NCBI GenBank assembly: GCA_951406725.2
Contig: OX597819.1
Span: 310,001 to 374,000 of the forward strand
DNA length: 64,000 nt
From: Octopus vulgaris
Lineage: Eukaryota
Direction: 5' to 3'
The translations under genes and the position numbers were made by a program. This document shows, in pieces, positions 49,326-62,217 of the stretch (position 1 is the stretch's first letter; the number at the start of each line of letters is the position of its first letter). Below the pieces are notes generated by a model. The model searched no databases. It was not told where the DNA came from and was given only the letters and a program-made list of their open reading frames with translations.

Positions 49326-51474
49326 CACATTTCGTGTACAAACATCATTTAATCCATATTTCATTTGAAGAGAGAATCCCTTTTGTTACCAGTGGAAGTA
49401 ATAGCTCCCTAGACTTTTCCCATCCTATTTTTATTCTGGTCATTATGTTTGTGAAACACTCTCCTCTACTGCTAATTTGTTCACCTAGGTAAGAGGACAT
49501 ACCAATTACTTCCAGCATGTGACCTTGCCAGGCACCATCACCTAAAGTTCTATCAGTTCTAAAATAAAGTAGATCTAAATATCAGCTAATTTTAAACTTC
49601 AAAGGGTTTCTTTCTGCCATGTCCCTCTTATGTAAACTACAATCCTGTTTTTCTCAGAAATGCAAATTTCTCCTTCCCTGTCATGAACCCATCTCTATTG
49701 CCCAGGATACTTACTCATTCAAATTTTACTCCCAAGGATTATGTTTCTGAATATGTAGATCCCTAGATTTCATTAATAATAATTTTCAGCTTCTGTGGCT
49801 CAGGGTTTCCTTCCTTCATTCTCCTAAATACATCTGCTCCCTCTATTGCTATCTAAGTTCCTCAAACCACAAGCAATTCTTTGACCATTTCTTCTGCATT
49901 GTCAATATCTGTCTTAACTCTCCTCATTCCAAAGTCATTGTCTTCAGCAAGGCTGTGGAGTCAAAATAAAAAACTTTGACTCTGACTTCGACTCATCTAC
50001 TATTGGTACCTCCAACTCGTCTTTATGTAATTAAGTGATGTTGGTCTACATAACTCATAAAGCATATGCATACACTTGTACTCTGAGTCGGCCTCTACGT
50101 TGTAACTGGTTTATATTCAAGAATAAAGATATCATGAGTTGGAGTTGGTATAGTTTTACCGACCCGGACTACCCCTTAATTGTTTCCAACTCTGACTCCA
50201 CAGCCCAAGTCTTCAGTGACTTCAATGCTCACAACTACCAACTATTCTTACACTAATCCTGCACTGATGCTTCTGGTGCAGAAACCAGATCATTTGCTTT
50301 TCTCAGCTCTTCACACCTTGTTTTATCTCCTATTCACATTCCAGATCGATGTACAGACATTCCAGATACCTTCAATCGCTTTCACATTAGGTAAGAAGGA
50401 GATCAAGAGTATCAACTCTTTTGATCTGTAATCATCTCTGTACTTATCAGGTCATCCAACCACTGCCTTATCAGAAATGTCCAACACACAGGCACATACT
50501 ACATAGTACACCCTGCCCACCCCCAGACCCTTAAAAATGTCAAAGGATCTGCTCTTTTCCCTCCCTCTGTCCACTTTCAGAGACTCTGAAAGATGTCATA
50601 GGAATTGCCCTTCCTTCCCCAGCTGATCTGCTAAACAAAAACTAATTACAATTTACTTTTCCTTTCAAAGTATTTTCTACTTTGTTTTACCTTTTTTTTT
50701 GTCTTCTTTAATTTACTTATATTCCTTTTCTAATTTTGGCACAACGCCAGCAATTTTATGGGGAGGGGAAGTTGATTACATTGACCTCAGTGCTCAAGTA
50801 GTACTTATTTTACTGATTTCAGTAAAATTTGAATTTAGCATAATTAGACAAATGAAATGTTGCTAAGCATTTTGTCTGGCATTGTAAAAATTCTGCCAGC
50901 TCACTGCCTTTCAACTTGCTTTAATTAGAAACAACCCTGATCTGTCTAATTGATCCCCAAATCTCATGCTTCATTGCAGAGAAACGACTAAAGTTTCCTT
51001 CAGACTTTGTTGCAGTAGAATGTTGATTTCTAGAAAACTTCAATGTTTGATCATTTTCTTAATTTTAGAATGTCTCATAAAATATCTCTGAAGGTTGGTG
51101 AAATGATTCACAGGATTTTGTTTATGGATTTTCTGTTTACTAATCTGTTATGCACATGTTTGAAGCCATGGAAATGTGAGAACTGTGAGAGTGACACAAT
51201 ATACCTTGTAATATATAGATAAGGCCTGTTACATTCTAAGTTTAAATCATGCTGAGGTCATCTTTATATCCCTTTCACAACAAGAAAAAAGTGGCTTTGC
51301 AGCTGCGGTAGACCTCAATATATTATACATATTTTAAATGTATATCATACAAGTGTTGTAGTTCGCTTGAAACATTGTAATATTGAAGAAGGGATAAAGG
51401 GAAAATAGGAAAGCTTCTGACAATGTGGCAAGTTTAACAGAACCTGTATAACTAGACTTTTCCCAGATTGTTTT

Positions 51475-51512
51475 TCTTCTGAGGATGGGTCTTTGTGTCT
51501 GAAATATAAAGG
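51475..51512 (+). ncRNA. Degenerate minimal hammerhead-like motif inside a foldback
   Basis: tctt CTGAGGA tgggtctttgtgtct GAAA TA TA aagg; stem II is weak (wobble pairs). Confidence 0.45.
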
Positions 51513-52619
51513 TTTTCTTAAACTTTCCGCATTGCTAGAAGCTTTCCTATTTTCCCTTTTTCCGTCTGTATATTATACACATTTTAAATCAATGCATTAT
51601 GCATACAGGAAAGCTTGTCCAATTGATGCAGATTTTGTTTTGAAAGTATTCTTTATTCAAAACCAAGAGTTATCTGTACACTATATGACAACTCTACTAA
51701 CCAGATTTCAATAAGCAAATTTGTAACTTTTTCTTTTGTTGTTGACATATTTCTTTATCTCAAAGTAAAAGTTCTATTTATTGATCAACTTGTTTTTATA
51801 GCCTTTTGCTCTCATTTTGACACTGTTTACTTATTATCTTTACACTGATTGCTAAGGTGAGCTGGCAGAATCATTAGCATGCTGGGCAAAATGTTTGTAG
51901 CATTTCATCTTTACATTCTGATTTCAAATTTCACCAAAGTCAACTTGCCTTTCATCCAGTTGAGCATTGAGCTTAATGCAACAGACTAGTGCCTTCCTCT
52001 AAAAAATTTTAGGCCTTGTGTCTATGGAAAAAACTATTACACAGATTGCTATTTCAGACACCTATTATATTCTGCTGTTAAACCATCCATAGATAATTCA
52101 TGATTTCTCAAAATTTTTCTTTTAATCACAAACTTTATTTTCACTGTATATTTCATTTGTCTGTTAACTCCTTATACAAGTTTGTTATTGTTAGAAGCAG
52201 TAAAAAATTCTTCTTCTTCTCCCTACTGTCATAAGCATCAGTTAATGCCTCTCAGAATCCATGGCCCTTTCAACTTTTGGGCCTTCATCCACCAAATCAT
52301 CTTTGTCACTGAATTAGAGCAGCCTTTGTTTTGAGGTTGCTTACATTGGAAGGATTTGGCATTTACAGTCTTTCTTACTTTTTGGGGGGGTTTCTATATT
52401 TCTTGCCTTTTGATGAGAATAAAGTCTATCTGGCTTGTATGTTCACTGAGGTGCTTCCTGAAGTTCATATTGAAAATCATGAGGTCATTTGCATTACAGA
52501 ACCCATTGTCAGTTATCAAGATAGTCTGCATAAGGGACTCATAAAAACAGCCTTTCTGTTACTCTATCAGCCCTGACTGTGATACAGATGCTGATAATTG
52601 TTACAATTGTTTTACTTGG

Positions 52620-52859
52620 GAGCAAAACAAGTTTTATAAGTCATGAGTAAAACAAGTTTTATAAGTCATGAGTAAAACAAGTTTTATAAGTCATGAGTAA
52701 AACAAGTTTTATAAGTCATGAGCAAAACAAGTTTTATAAGTCATGAGCAAAACAAGTTTTATAAGTCATGAGTAAAACAAGTTTTATAAGTCATGAGTAA
52801 ACAAGTTTTATAAGTCATGAGTAAAACAAGTTTTATAAGTCATGAGTAAAACAAGTTTT
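52620..52859 (+). repeat. 25-bp minisatellite (~9.5 copies) running into the assembly gap
   Basis: aaaacaagttttataagtcatgag(t/c) repeated. Confidence 0.95.
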
Positions 52860-52959
52860 NNNNNNNNNNNNNNNNNNNNNNNNNNNNNNNNNNNNNNNNN
52901 NNNNNNNNNNNNNNNNNNNNNNNNNNNNNNNNNNNNNNNNNNNNNNNNNNNNNNNNNNN
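52860..52959. other. Assembly gap (100 N, true size unknown)
   Basis: Run of N. Confidence 1.
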
Positions 52960-53136
52960 CGATATTAATTTAATAATACCATTAATTTAACACCGAGTGG
53001 CTTAGCACAAAAAACTACGGAGAAAATACAAATTTATACATAAATTATTAGAGAGTTAACCACTATGTGGATAATTTATGTATATGGATATGGATAATTT
53101 ATGTAATAATTTATGTGTATACATATATATATATAT

Positions 53137-53952
53137 GAGAGCAGCTCACAAAGGACTTGGTGAGTGATGCCAAAACACCCTCAGCCTTCTTGGCAATTTT
53201 AGCGATGTGTTTTGTCCAACGCAAATCACTGTCAACAGTAACACCCAGGTCACGTTCACATGAAGACTTTTTGAGACTAGTGTTGTGGAGGGAGTAAGTA
53301 GACGCTGGGTTTCTCCTCACAAAATCCATTTGTCCACAGCCAGCTTCAGTTGCCACTCCATGATCCACTGCTGCATTGTGTCCAGGTCTGCTTGCAATAG
53401 AGATCTATCGTGTACAGGGTCTGTCCTCTTTATTTCGAGGTACAACTTGATGTCATCTGCATATTTCAGTACTGTGGCTTTCTTTAAGTTGGCATCTATG
53501 TCATTAACATATGCAACAAATAAAAGGGGGCCAAGAACAGATCCCTGTGGTACACCAGATGTCATCTCATAGGGCGAAGAGTGCTGTCCTAGAACTGTGA
53601 CAACCTCTTTTCGGACGATAATGAAGGACTTCAACCAGTTATAGAGATCATCTCTTACACCCATTGCAGTGAGTTTCACCATAAGTCTTTTGTGTGGAAC
53701 AGAATTAAAAGCCTTTGCAAAGTCTAGGTAAACAACATCCACCCAGGATCTGCGATCAGTGATTCGGGTAATGTCCTCAAGAAACACGATGAGTTGATTA
53801 CTGCAGCTGGAGTTAGGAATAAATCCAAATTGTGATGGGTGGATGTCGCTGTGAGACTTCCAGAAGTTCCAGAGGGTTTCTCTGACACAGGGTTCCATCA
53901 GTTTGGCGATGCAGCTAGTAAGACTAATGGGGCGATAGTTGACAGGCGATGT
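53137..53952 (-). mobile_element. Internal RT fragment of the same CR1 family
   Basis: ORFs 53317-53994 and 53111-53368 are nearly identical to the 26680-27490 region. Confidence 0.9.
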
Positions 53953-54971
53953 TTGTTTAGATATCTCCCTAAGAGAAGGAAACTTTGTATCCAATGATGT
54001 AGACTACTTCTTTTGGGGCAAATGCATACATTACTTAGAGAATGGGATATATACATGCACACATACATACTCTCATACGCACATTTGTATGCATGCATGT
54101 GTATATATGTATGTATATGTGTACACACACACACACACACACACACACATTCACACACACACACACACGTTGTGGAACCAGGTTTCCAGGTGATTTCTGT
54201 AAGGCTTGAGTAATTGTATAGTTTCTGGAGAATGGTGAAAGAATGAATGAGATTTATGAGGCTGTCTATGTTTTGTGGAAGTGTGGTAAGGTCATGTAGA
54301 CATAGGTTGGAAAATGTGGGTGAAAGAATGAAAATCCTGTAGGACTTTATTCTGGCAATTGCCATTTCTGAAGTGTAATTCTTATCCATTACAAAGGTCT
54401 GGGAATCTGATGGATAGTTTGATAGTCAGCATTTTGTGTTATTTTTTGTATGAGTGGATAGCAAGGAATGGAGTTGAAACTATCGTTGCTGATGTCAATA
54501 ATAGTTACAGTAACATATGTGGGACTTGTTGTTTTGTTACTGGAGTCATCATGTAATTTCTGTGATAGGTTTGTGGTCGTATGGTGGTCAAATGAAACCA
54601 CGTTATGAAATGGAGTACAAGATATATGGGATAGAAATGTCAAGGTTTAGTCTTTGAATTTTTGAATGTGTGTGCATAGGAGGCTGATGGGTCTGCATCA
54701 TGTTAATTCACTTATACTTTTGTTTACCTTTTGAATTTTTGTAGTTTTATTCAGTTTCCAGATTCTGGGAATTTGACAATTTTACTTCTAGTAGTTGTAG
54801 ATGATGAATGCATTGATTTCCTTAAGCCTAAAGTGTTTAGGTATTTCTCTTTGATTTTGTTTGGTTTTAAAGCTTTTGAATTTTTAGATATCCCTTTTGC
54901 TAATTTTGGGTGGCTTATGGAAGAAAGGGGGCAAAATTATATCTCTATAGTGTTTTAATACAAGTTTTTGG

Positions 54972-55019
<48 letters not shown>

Positions 55020-55500
55020 TCATCATAATGAGTAAGATGATTTGACTGGAGTTGGCCATGTAGAAGACTGCACCAGCCTTCTGTGTCTGTTTTGGCTGGT
55101 TTTTACAGCTGGATGCCCTTCCTAACACCATCCACCCTACAGAATAGACTACATATATATATAGGCACAGGTATGGCTTTGTGGTTAAGAAACATCCTTT
55201 GCAACAACATGGTTTGGGGTTCAGTCCCACTGCACAGCACCTTGGGCAAGTGTCTTCTACCATAGCACTGGGTTAACTGATACTTTGTGAGTGGATCTGG
55301 CAGATGGAAATTCTGTGAAAGCCTGTCATAAATATGCATATCTTTTGTATATTTGTGTTTGTCCCCATAACTTATAAATTTGGCAAAAGGGTCTGCTAGA
55401 ATAAGTATCAAAATTTTAAAAAATAAATGCTGGAGTTGGTCCGTTTGACTAAAACTCTTCAAGGCAGTGCTCCTGCATGGCCAGAGTCCAGTGATTGAAA

Positions 55501-55890
55501 CAAGTGAAAGATACATGTTTATATGGCATTCCGTTAGTTACAACAGGGGTTCTAGTTGATCTGATCAATAAAACAGCATGCTTGTGAAATTAATGTGCAA
55601 GTAGCTGAGCGCTCCACAGACTTGTGTACTCTTAACATAGTTTTCAGGGATATTCAGCGTGACACAGAATGTGACAATGTTGGCCCTTTGAATGACAAGT
55701 GAAAGATACATGTTTATATGGCATTCCGTTAGTTACAACAGGGGTTCTAGTTGATCTGATCAATAAAACAGCATGCTTGTGAAATTAATGTGCAAGTAGC
55801 TGAGCGCTCCACAGACTTGTGTACTCTTAACATAGTTTTCAGGGAGATTCAGCGTGACACAGAATGTGACAATGTTGGCCCTTTGAATGA
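55501..55890 (+). repeat. Recent 195-bp tandem duplication of a SINE-like segment
   Basis: 55501-55695 and 55696-55890 are nearly identical. Confidence 0.92.
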
Positions 55891-56730
55891 CAGGTACTAC
55901 TCATTTTTCCAGCTAAGTGGACTGGCACCATATGAAATAAAGTATCTTGCTCAAGGACACAACGCATTGCTAGGAATTGAACTCATGACCTTACAATAGT
56001 AAGCCAAATACCCTAACCACTAAGCCATGCGCCTTCACAAGATACATGTATACATAAATAATTTATAAAAGGAGAGGAGATTGGTAATAATTTAGTGATA
56101 AAATTGCAGCTGTTGTTTATGGTAACCAAGTTAAACAGAAAAGGAGTTGAAAAATGTTGATAGAAAATGCTTAGATGGAAGTATGTGTGAAAGCGTGCGA
56201 GAGAGAGAGAGGGGGGGGTAGAGTGTATGCTTGTGTGTGGGGAGAAAGAAAGAACAAATATGCATTGTGTGTGTCTGATCTTGTGTCTGATTGTGTATGG
56301 CTGTGTATGTGTGATTATGTGTTTATGAAAGAATGTGTGTGTGTGTGCATGAGAAAGAAAGGATGTGTGAGGTATTTTGTGAGTATGTATGTTTGTATTT
56401 ACTAATGCTCTTTAGTCTTCAGTCAGTTGTAATTCTGTTTTGGTCTTGTGATATAACATTTCTGCATTGGGGCTGAAGGAAACCAGCTTATCATGTCTCA
56501 TAGAAATTGTGCAAGTCTAGGCATGTGGATGATGATTGCGTGGGAAGTTAAGGGTGGTATCATTTGTATCAATAGAAGTACATCATTGGTATAGAGAATG
56601 AAACTTGTAGCAGACATAAAACTGGACTTAGGTGAACATAACAGTTGATAGAAATGAGGTGGAGTGAACACCTTTGATATATTCTGCAATGCAATTGTTT
56701 GGCAGGGAATTTCATCTTCAAGAAAGAAGA

Positions 56731-56837
56731 AACAAATGTAGACCAACAGATGTAGCCCCTAACAAATGTAGACCAACAGATGTAGCCCCTAACAAATGTA
56801 GACCAACAGATGTAGCCCCTAACAAATGTAGACCAAC
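56731..56837 (+). repeat. 30-bp tandem repeat (~3.5 copies)
   Basis: aacaaatgtagaccaacagatgtagcccct repeated. Confidence 0.95.
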
Positions 56838-57039
56838 TTAGATAAAATTTTCTCGTACCAGGTAGAGTTGAAGGTTTTATTCGTGTCAAAATCAGCAATA
56901 TTGGAATTGCTGTAATTCTCAATAGAGAAATACCTTTGGTGAGTGAAGTAAGACAACAAATTTTTAGTTGATATGTTACTTTGGAAACTTAAAGTCACTG
57001 AAGATGATGGAGGAGGGTATATTTTGTTGCTATTTCTAG

Positions 57040-58400
57040 CTCAAACAAATACTGCCCTGTTAGTCTTCTGTCAGTTGTTAGCAAGCTTTTTGAATGGCTC
57101 ATCAACAACAGGTTAATTAAGTTTCTTGAAAGCTCAGGACACTTTGTTGATGTTCAGTATGGCTTTCTTTGCTCTCATTTCTACTGTTGATCTTCTGACT
57201 GTTTCTACAGACTGTATCAACTAATTCATGGATAAATTAGAAGAGGGCTCTGCTCTAGTTCTTGATATATTCAAAGACTTTGATAGAGTTTGGCATGCTG
57301 GTTTACTCTAAATCTCTCTACCTATAGTGTATGTGGAAGAGTCTTTGACATTATTAGGTCATTCCTTTCTGGTAGTTGTGTATATGTGACTCTGAACAGT
57401 ATAATTTCTTCTGAGTATTCTATCAATGTTGGTGTTCCTCAAGACTCTATTCTTGGTCCAACTCTATTTCTCCTCTACATCAATGATCTTCCTGCCAATG
57501 TTCTTCACTTCATCAATATTTATGCTGATGACATTACTCTTTATTTTGGTTTTCCCAGCAATCCCTCTCTCTTGAAATGGTTGGAACTTACCAGTAGTCC
57601 TCAGGTGTATTTACAGGTTGTTAAGAAATGAGGCAAGAAGTGATTAGTAGCTTTCAACCGTGACAAGACCAAACTCATGTTTATCAGTGGAAAGTGGGAT
57701 TCTTACCTTCCTTGTATTTATATGAGTTATAGGTCTGAGGTGAGAGAGTCAAACCACTTGAGGAAAGATCTCATTTGAAATTGCTTGGTCTTACTTTTTC
57801 ACCTTATCTTTCTTGGGGTCTAACGTACAATCAATTGGTAGGTCTACTTCCCATAAGACTAGGTCATTGTATAAATCAAAGGACTACCTCACATCTGAGG
57901 CCATTTTATATCTTTACAAGTCCAGAATTCATCCTAGTATGGAATACTGTTGTCGTATTTGGGTAGATGCACCATCTTGTTTCTTGGATCTCATTGACTG
58001 GGTTTAGAAGTGAGTTTCTAATTTGACTCTTTTCTCTCTTGCTTCAACTCTGTAATCCATGTCAACATAACATCACCAGTCTTAGTCTTTTCTATTGTTG
58101 ATACAAAAGGTGGTGTCCTGATGAATATTCTCTTTTAATTCCAGATCACTTTATACCATCTCACCTGACTTGAAACTCACAGCATCTTTTTGTCCAAATG
58201 CTATTGTGTTTCCATGGAATCTTTCTACTCTCATAGCCTCTTTCCTTGAACAACCAGACTTTGGAACTCTCTTCCACCTCATTGTTTTCCTCTTATGATC
58301 TGAACTCTTTCGAGTCTAAACTAAATTCATTCCTTATGTCTTAACTTCTTGTTCATAGTCCCTTACACTAAATGGCTTGTTGCCTTATTTAGGACTAAGA
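57040..58400 (+). pseudogene. Degraded CR1/L2/Jockey-group RT relic
   Basis: PVSLLSVVSKLFE, QYGF, DFDRVWHAGL, GVPQDSILGPTLFLLYINDLP, YADD spread over several frames. Confidence 0.85.
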
Positions 58401-59864
58401 AGTATTAAACAAAATTTCACATCTCTTTTCACTGTCACTGATGGAAAGAGCACCACTGTTGTTCCAGACACCTCCTCAATGATTCATACAGATGCACTGC
58501 TTTCCAATTTAGAATACTCCATACCTCTACCTCATGCTGAAGAACATTATCAAATCTATATTCAGCTTCTTTCTTAGTTAAATATACCCTGTTATCATTT
58601 CTTGCTATCTGTATTCTGCTACTTCCAGGTCTTTCACCATTTATAATTCTACTTTATTTATTCCACAACTATGTGTCACCTGTTGTTTATCTGAGATCCT
58701 GTTCCACCCACAGAATTGGTCAATGTCTTGAAACTGAGTGTTTACCAGGAATTTCATCTGTTCTCTGTATTATAGTTCGCTATTACCCCAACCCTCTACT
58801 GTAGTAGATGGCATCTTGTGCATTTTGCAAGTTTCTCTTAACATAGATATCTTTTAACTTCCATCCCTTCCTTCTTTCTTGCTTCCAATTCTTCTGAAGG
58901 TTACTAAGTTGACAATATAATAGATTGGTACAAACTATCAATCTATATTAATGACCCTTAAATAGCAGACATCATCAGTTGGTGCTTCAAAAGTTTTACA
59001 TGTATAAGACCATCATCCATTGATGCCCATGTGTTTACTTCATCAAACACACCCAAGTGTAAGTGGCCTTTATTGCTAGAAGAAATCTCTTATTATAAAA
59101 GGCAGATTTTATCTGCCTCCCTTTGTCAGTTATAGAAATCTACAATATAGGACTTCTTCAATTACAATTTACCTAGCATTTTTAAGAGTAGAATGCATCG
59201 GGTTTTGCCAGGTCCAGTTTTTAAAATTTAAACTCCAATTAAGCAAAATTTACAGAAAACTCACATTCTGGTGTGTATGTCAAATGCTTTTCTTAGTCTG
59301 GTTTACAGCACACGCAAACGCACACACACAGTGTGCAACGAATAAAGTGAAACTAGATGTAATATTTGTTTCTGTCTATCACGCTGATAGATACATGAGT
59401 AAAATGTATGGCAAGCTAACAGATAAGAGTGAGTGAAAATGTTCTTGGAAGAGAGTAAATAGCGACAGAGTGATTTGAGGAAGACTAAACTGAAAGTATG
59501 AAACAGTGTTTATGTATAAACAGACGACACTTATATAAACCCTTTCGTTACCAAACCGCCCGAATTTACCTATTCATATTTAAATGAGAATATCAGAGTA
59601 AATCTCTTTAGTACATTCGTGAAAACACGTATTATACTTCGTAAACACTTCAAATACAGTTTTGTACAAAAATCGAAGTGTAATTTTAATTCCGTGAATT
59701 ATGGGAGATTTTTTTCCGAAATTTGTTCCTATTGTGTTTTCAAAATTTGTAATTCTGACAAAAAATGGATACGAATTTCATTATATCAAGCAGCGAGTCA
59801 GAATTCGAAGGATTTTCTACTGAAGACCTTCATAAATCTAACTCTATGACTGAAAAAAAAAGCA

Positions 59865-60258
59865 TCTTTATATAAGAGTGAAGTTGTGTGTCTGTCTCCT
59901 ACGATTTAGATTCGTAACTACTCCCACATTTTGCGGTGCAGTTTAACCAAAAGCGGGTATCTTATAGTCGTGATTCATATCGAGCCCTTCTGGGTATTAG
60001 CGCGCGTCTACGATGAGTCTACGATTTAAAAAAATTTACCATCATATTTTTCCATTTTAATGCATTTTTTTCGCTTTTATATAAGGGAAGTAACTCTCTA
60101 AAAATATCTACGATGTGTCAACGATTTAAAAAAAAATTTACCTTAATTTTTTTTCAATTTTTAATGCATTTTTTTGCTATTTTTTGGCTATAACTCTCTA
60201 AAAATGCTTATATAGTTATTTCCCTTACAACCCGAGCAACGCCGGGCGATACTGCTAG
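59865..60258 (+). mobile_element. Non-autonomous Helitron
   Basis: A|TC start, 3' hairpin cccgagcaacgccggg followed by CTAG|T. Confidence 0.85.
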
Positions 60259-60628
60259 TCTCTCTATATATAAACAGCAAAATGTCTGCGTGTGCGTGCG
60301 TGTCCTTTATACAAATCCACAATTTTTCAGTTAGAGGGCTCACACTTTCTATGGTCATTCAAAACCGTCCAAGGGTGGTTGTGCACATCTTTACATTTCC
60401 CCAGTCACCCCGTAAAGCCATTAAAAAATCAATAGAAGTGACTTTTTTGTGAATTTTCTATCCAAAACCCAATCAAAATGCCTGAAATTTGATACGCCAA
60501 TTGAATGCCAGCTAGCTGTATGTGATTAGTCGAAGATTTGGACAGTACTCGCACGTATGTGCGCACGCACGCAGCTGTATATGCTTGCATTAGCACTATG
60601 ACCCAGCATTGCCGGGTCATAGTGCTAG
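60259..60628 (+). mobile_element. Second non-autonomous Helitron, directly in tandem
   Basis: TC start immediately after the first CTAG; 3' hairpin ctatgacccagcattgccgggtcatag followed by CTAG|T. Confidence 0.85.
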
Positions 60629-61108
60629 TCAAGTCTTAAATGGAAGATTTATACAGCAATGAAGAAGTTTTTCCTTACTGTTGTTGTCGTCGTTGCCACC
60701 ACCATCACTGGATGATGATGATGATGATGTTGTTGTAGATAGCATAGAACAACATTGTGCTCCAACTAGTTCTTGATCAAAAAGGTGCACTGATTTTTCT
60801 CAAGTTACATTCATTTGACAAAAACAATGCACGAATCTCAAATGAATTTATGTTCATGCTGAATAATTTAGGGTACTTTTCGATAAGGAAATTGTAAATT
60901 ACTATACTTTCTGTACTTATTTAAAGTGAATTTATAAAGATGTAAAAATTACCCTTAAGATAAACAGATATTTGTTTGTTGCCTTTTTGACACCTTGATG
61001 TAATTTTTTCCTGTTGTTTAAAGGTTAAAAATGTTCAGTCTATTTCTCATCTGTTTTTCTGTCTTGCCAATTTAGTAGTTTCTTATGGATGTTGATCTGT
61101 TCTGTGTG

Positions 61109-61617
61109 CCGTAAATCTTCAAGTATAATCTGCACTTTTTTCCCAAAATTTAAAGGTCAAAATCCCTAGTGCGTACTATATACGAGGTTAAAAATGAAAA
61201 ATATTTTCTAAGCAATGTCCGAGTCTCTATTTGCTGTCCGGCAATGTTTATTCAGACGCATTTTGTGATGTTGGGCATGAAAATACCTTAAGCTAGCCTG
61301 AAAGCAATGAAGAATCATCTATAACTTGCAGTAAGCAACATTTATTAAAATAAAAGTATTCAGAACACAGAATAACATGTAACAAAAGCAATTTGCAAAC
61401 ATATTTACATTCCCATATAACAGTTAAGAACATCATTATTGTATTACACATGCACGGAAGTGTTTGTTTGACTAGGTGCTGCTGGTTTAATTACACACAA
61501 TTCAAGTTAGAGAAGGGGTGCGTATTATACACAAGGTTTAGGTTTTTCAGAGGTACAACCGCCTAAAAATCCCCTGCATATTATACTCAAGGGCGGACTA
61601 TACTCGAGGATTTACGG
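61109..61617. mobile_element. Tc1/pogo-like MITE
   Basis: TIRs ccgtaaatcttcaagtataatctgc / gcggactatactcgaggatttacgg; TA on the right flank. Confidence 0.8.
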
Positions 61618-61683
61618 TAATCTGATGTTCTTAGTTTTGTCTTTAGAAGTAATAATTTGTATCATTTGTATTTTGTCTTCCAG

Positions 61684-61857
61684 GAGTATATTTCACCTTA
61701 CTTTGGCATCAAATCAGCAAGTGAAAGAAGAATGGAAATAATTGAGAACAGTGTTTTAGAGATGCAGAACAATATGGTGGAGACCATGAAGAAAGTCCAA
61801 GATGTTGTTGATACTATACAACAGCAGCAGCTATTATTAAATGAAGAACTTCTCAAG
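61684..61857 (+). CDS. PEX14: Internal exon, probably peroxisomal membrane protein PEX14 (post-transmembrane coiled-coil region)
   Basis: Acceptor ttttgtcttccAG, donor AAG|GTAGCC, 174 nt, phase 0/0. EYISPYFGIKSASERRMEIIENSVLEMQNNMVETMKKVQDVVDTIQQQQLLLNEELLK resembles, from memory, human PEX14 KYLLPLILGG..LERMEAGLSELSGSVAQTV..QQQQ..ELAAAK. The conserved PEX14 N-domain exons were not found in the window and may lie in the gap. Confidence 0.7.
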
Positions 61858-62000
61858 GTAGCCAGTTATAAGTATTGTTGTATCAACTTAGAGAAGTTCA
61901 TAAATTATTATCAAGTATACATAGTTATTTGTTACTGGACAATGTCAGATGTGTGTGTGTGGGTCTGGGTGGGTGTTTGTGTATATACACACACACACAG

Positions 62001-62217
62001 AAGGCGGCGAGCTGGCAGAAACGTTAGCACGCCGGGCGAAATGCGTAGCCATATTTCGTCTGCCATTACATTCCAAGTTCAAATTCCGCCGAGGTCAACT
62101 TTGCCTTTCATCCTTCCAGGGTCGATAAATTAAGTACCAGTTACGCACTGGGGTCGATGTAATCGACTTAATCCGTTTGTCTCCTCTGTGTTTAGCCCCT
62201 TGTGGGTAGTAAAGAAA
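62001..62217 (+). mobile_element. Second tRNA-derived SINE family (gcctttcatcctt..ggtcgataaa core)
   Basis: aggcggcgagctggcagaa...gttcaaattccgcc head; further copies near 20683, 38720, 48555, 50730 and 51853. Confidence 0.8.

Noticed and set aside
52620-52859. Regular 25-bp and 30-bp (56731-56837) arrays as CRISPR-like
   Set aside because: No unique spacers; simple minisatellites in a eukaryotic genome.
56862-56938. Possible exon ending NREIPL|gtgagt as PEX14 exon 2
   Set aside because: Good splice signals, but the upstream translation does not resemble PEX14.
61657-62133. 158-aa ORF as a full protein
   Set aside because: Only 61684-61857 is exon-like; the rest runs through intron, microsatellite and SINE.
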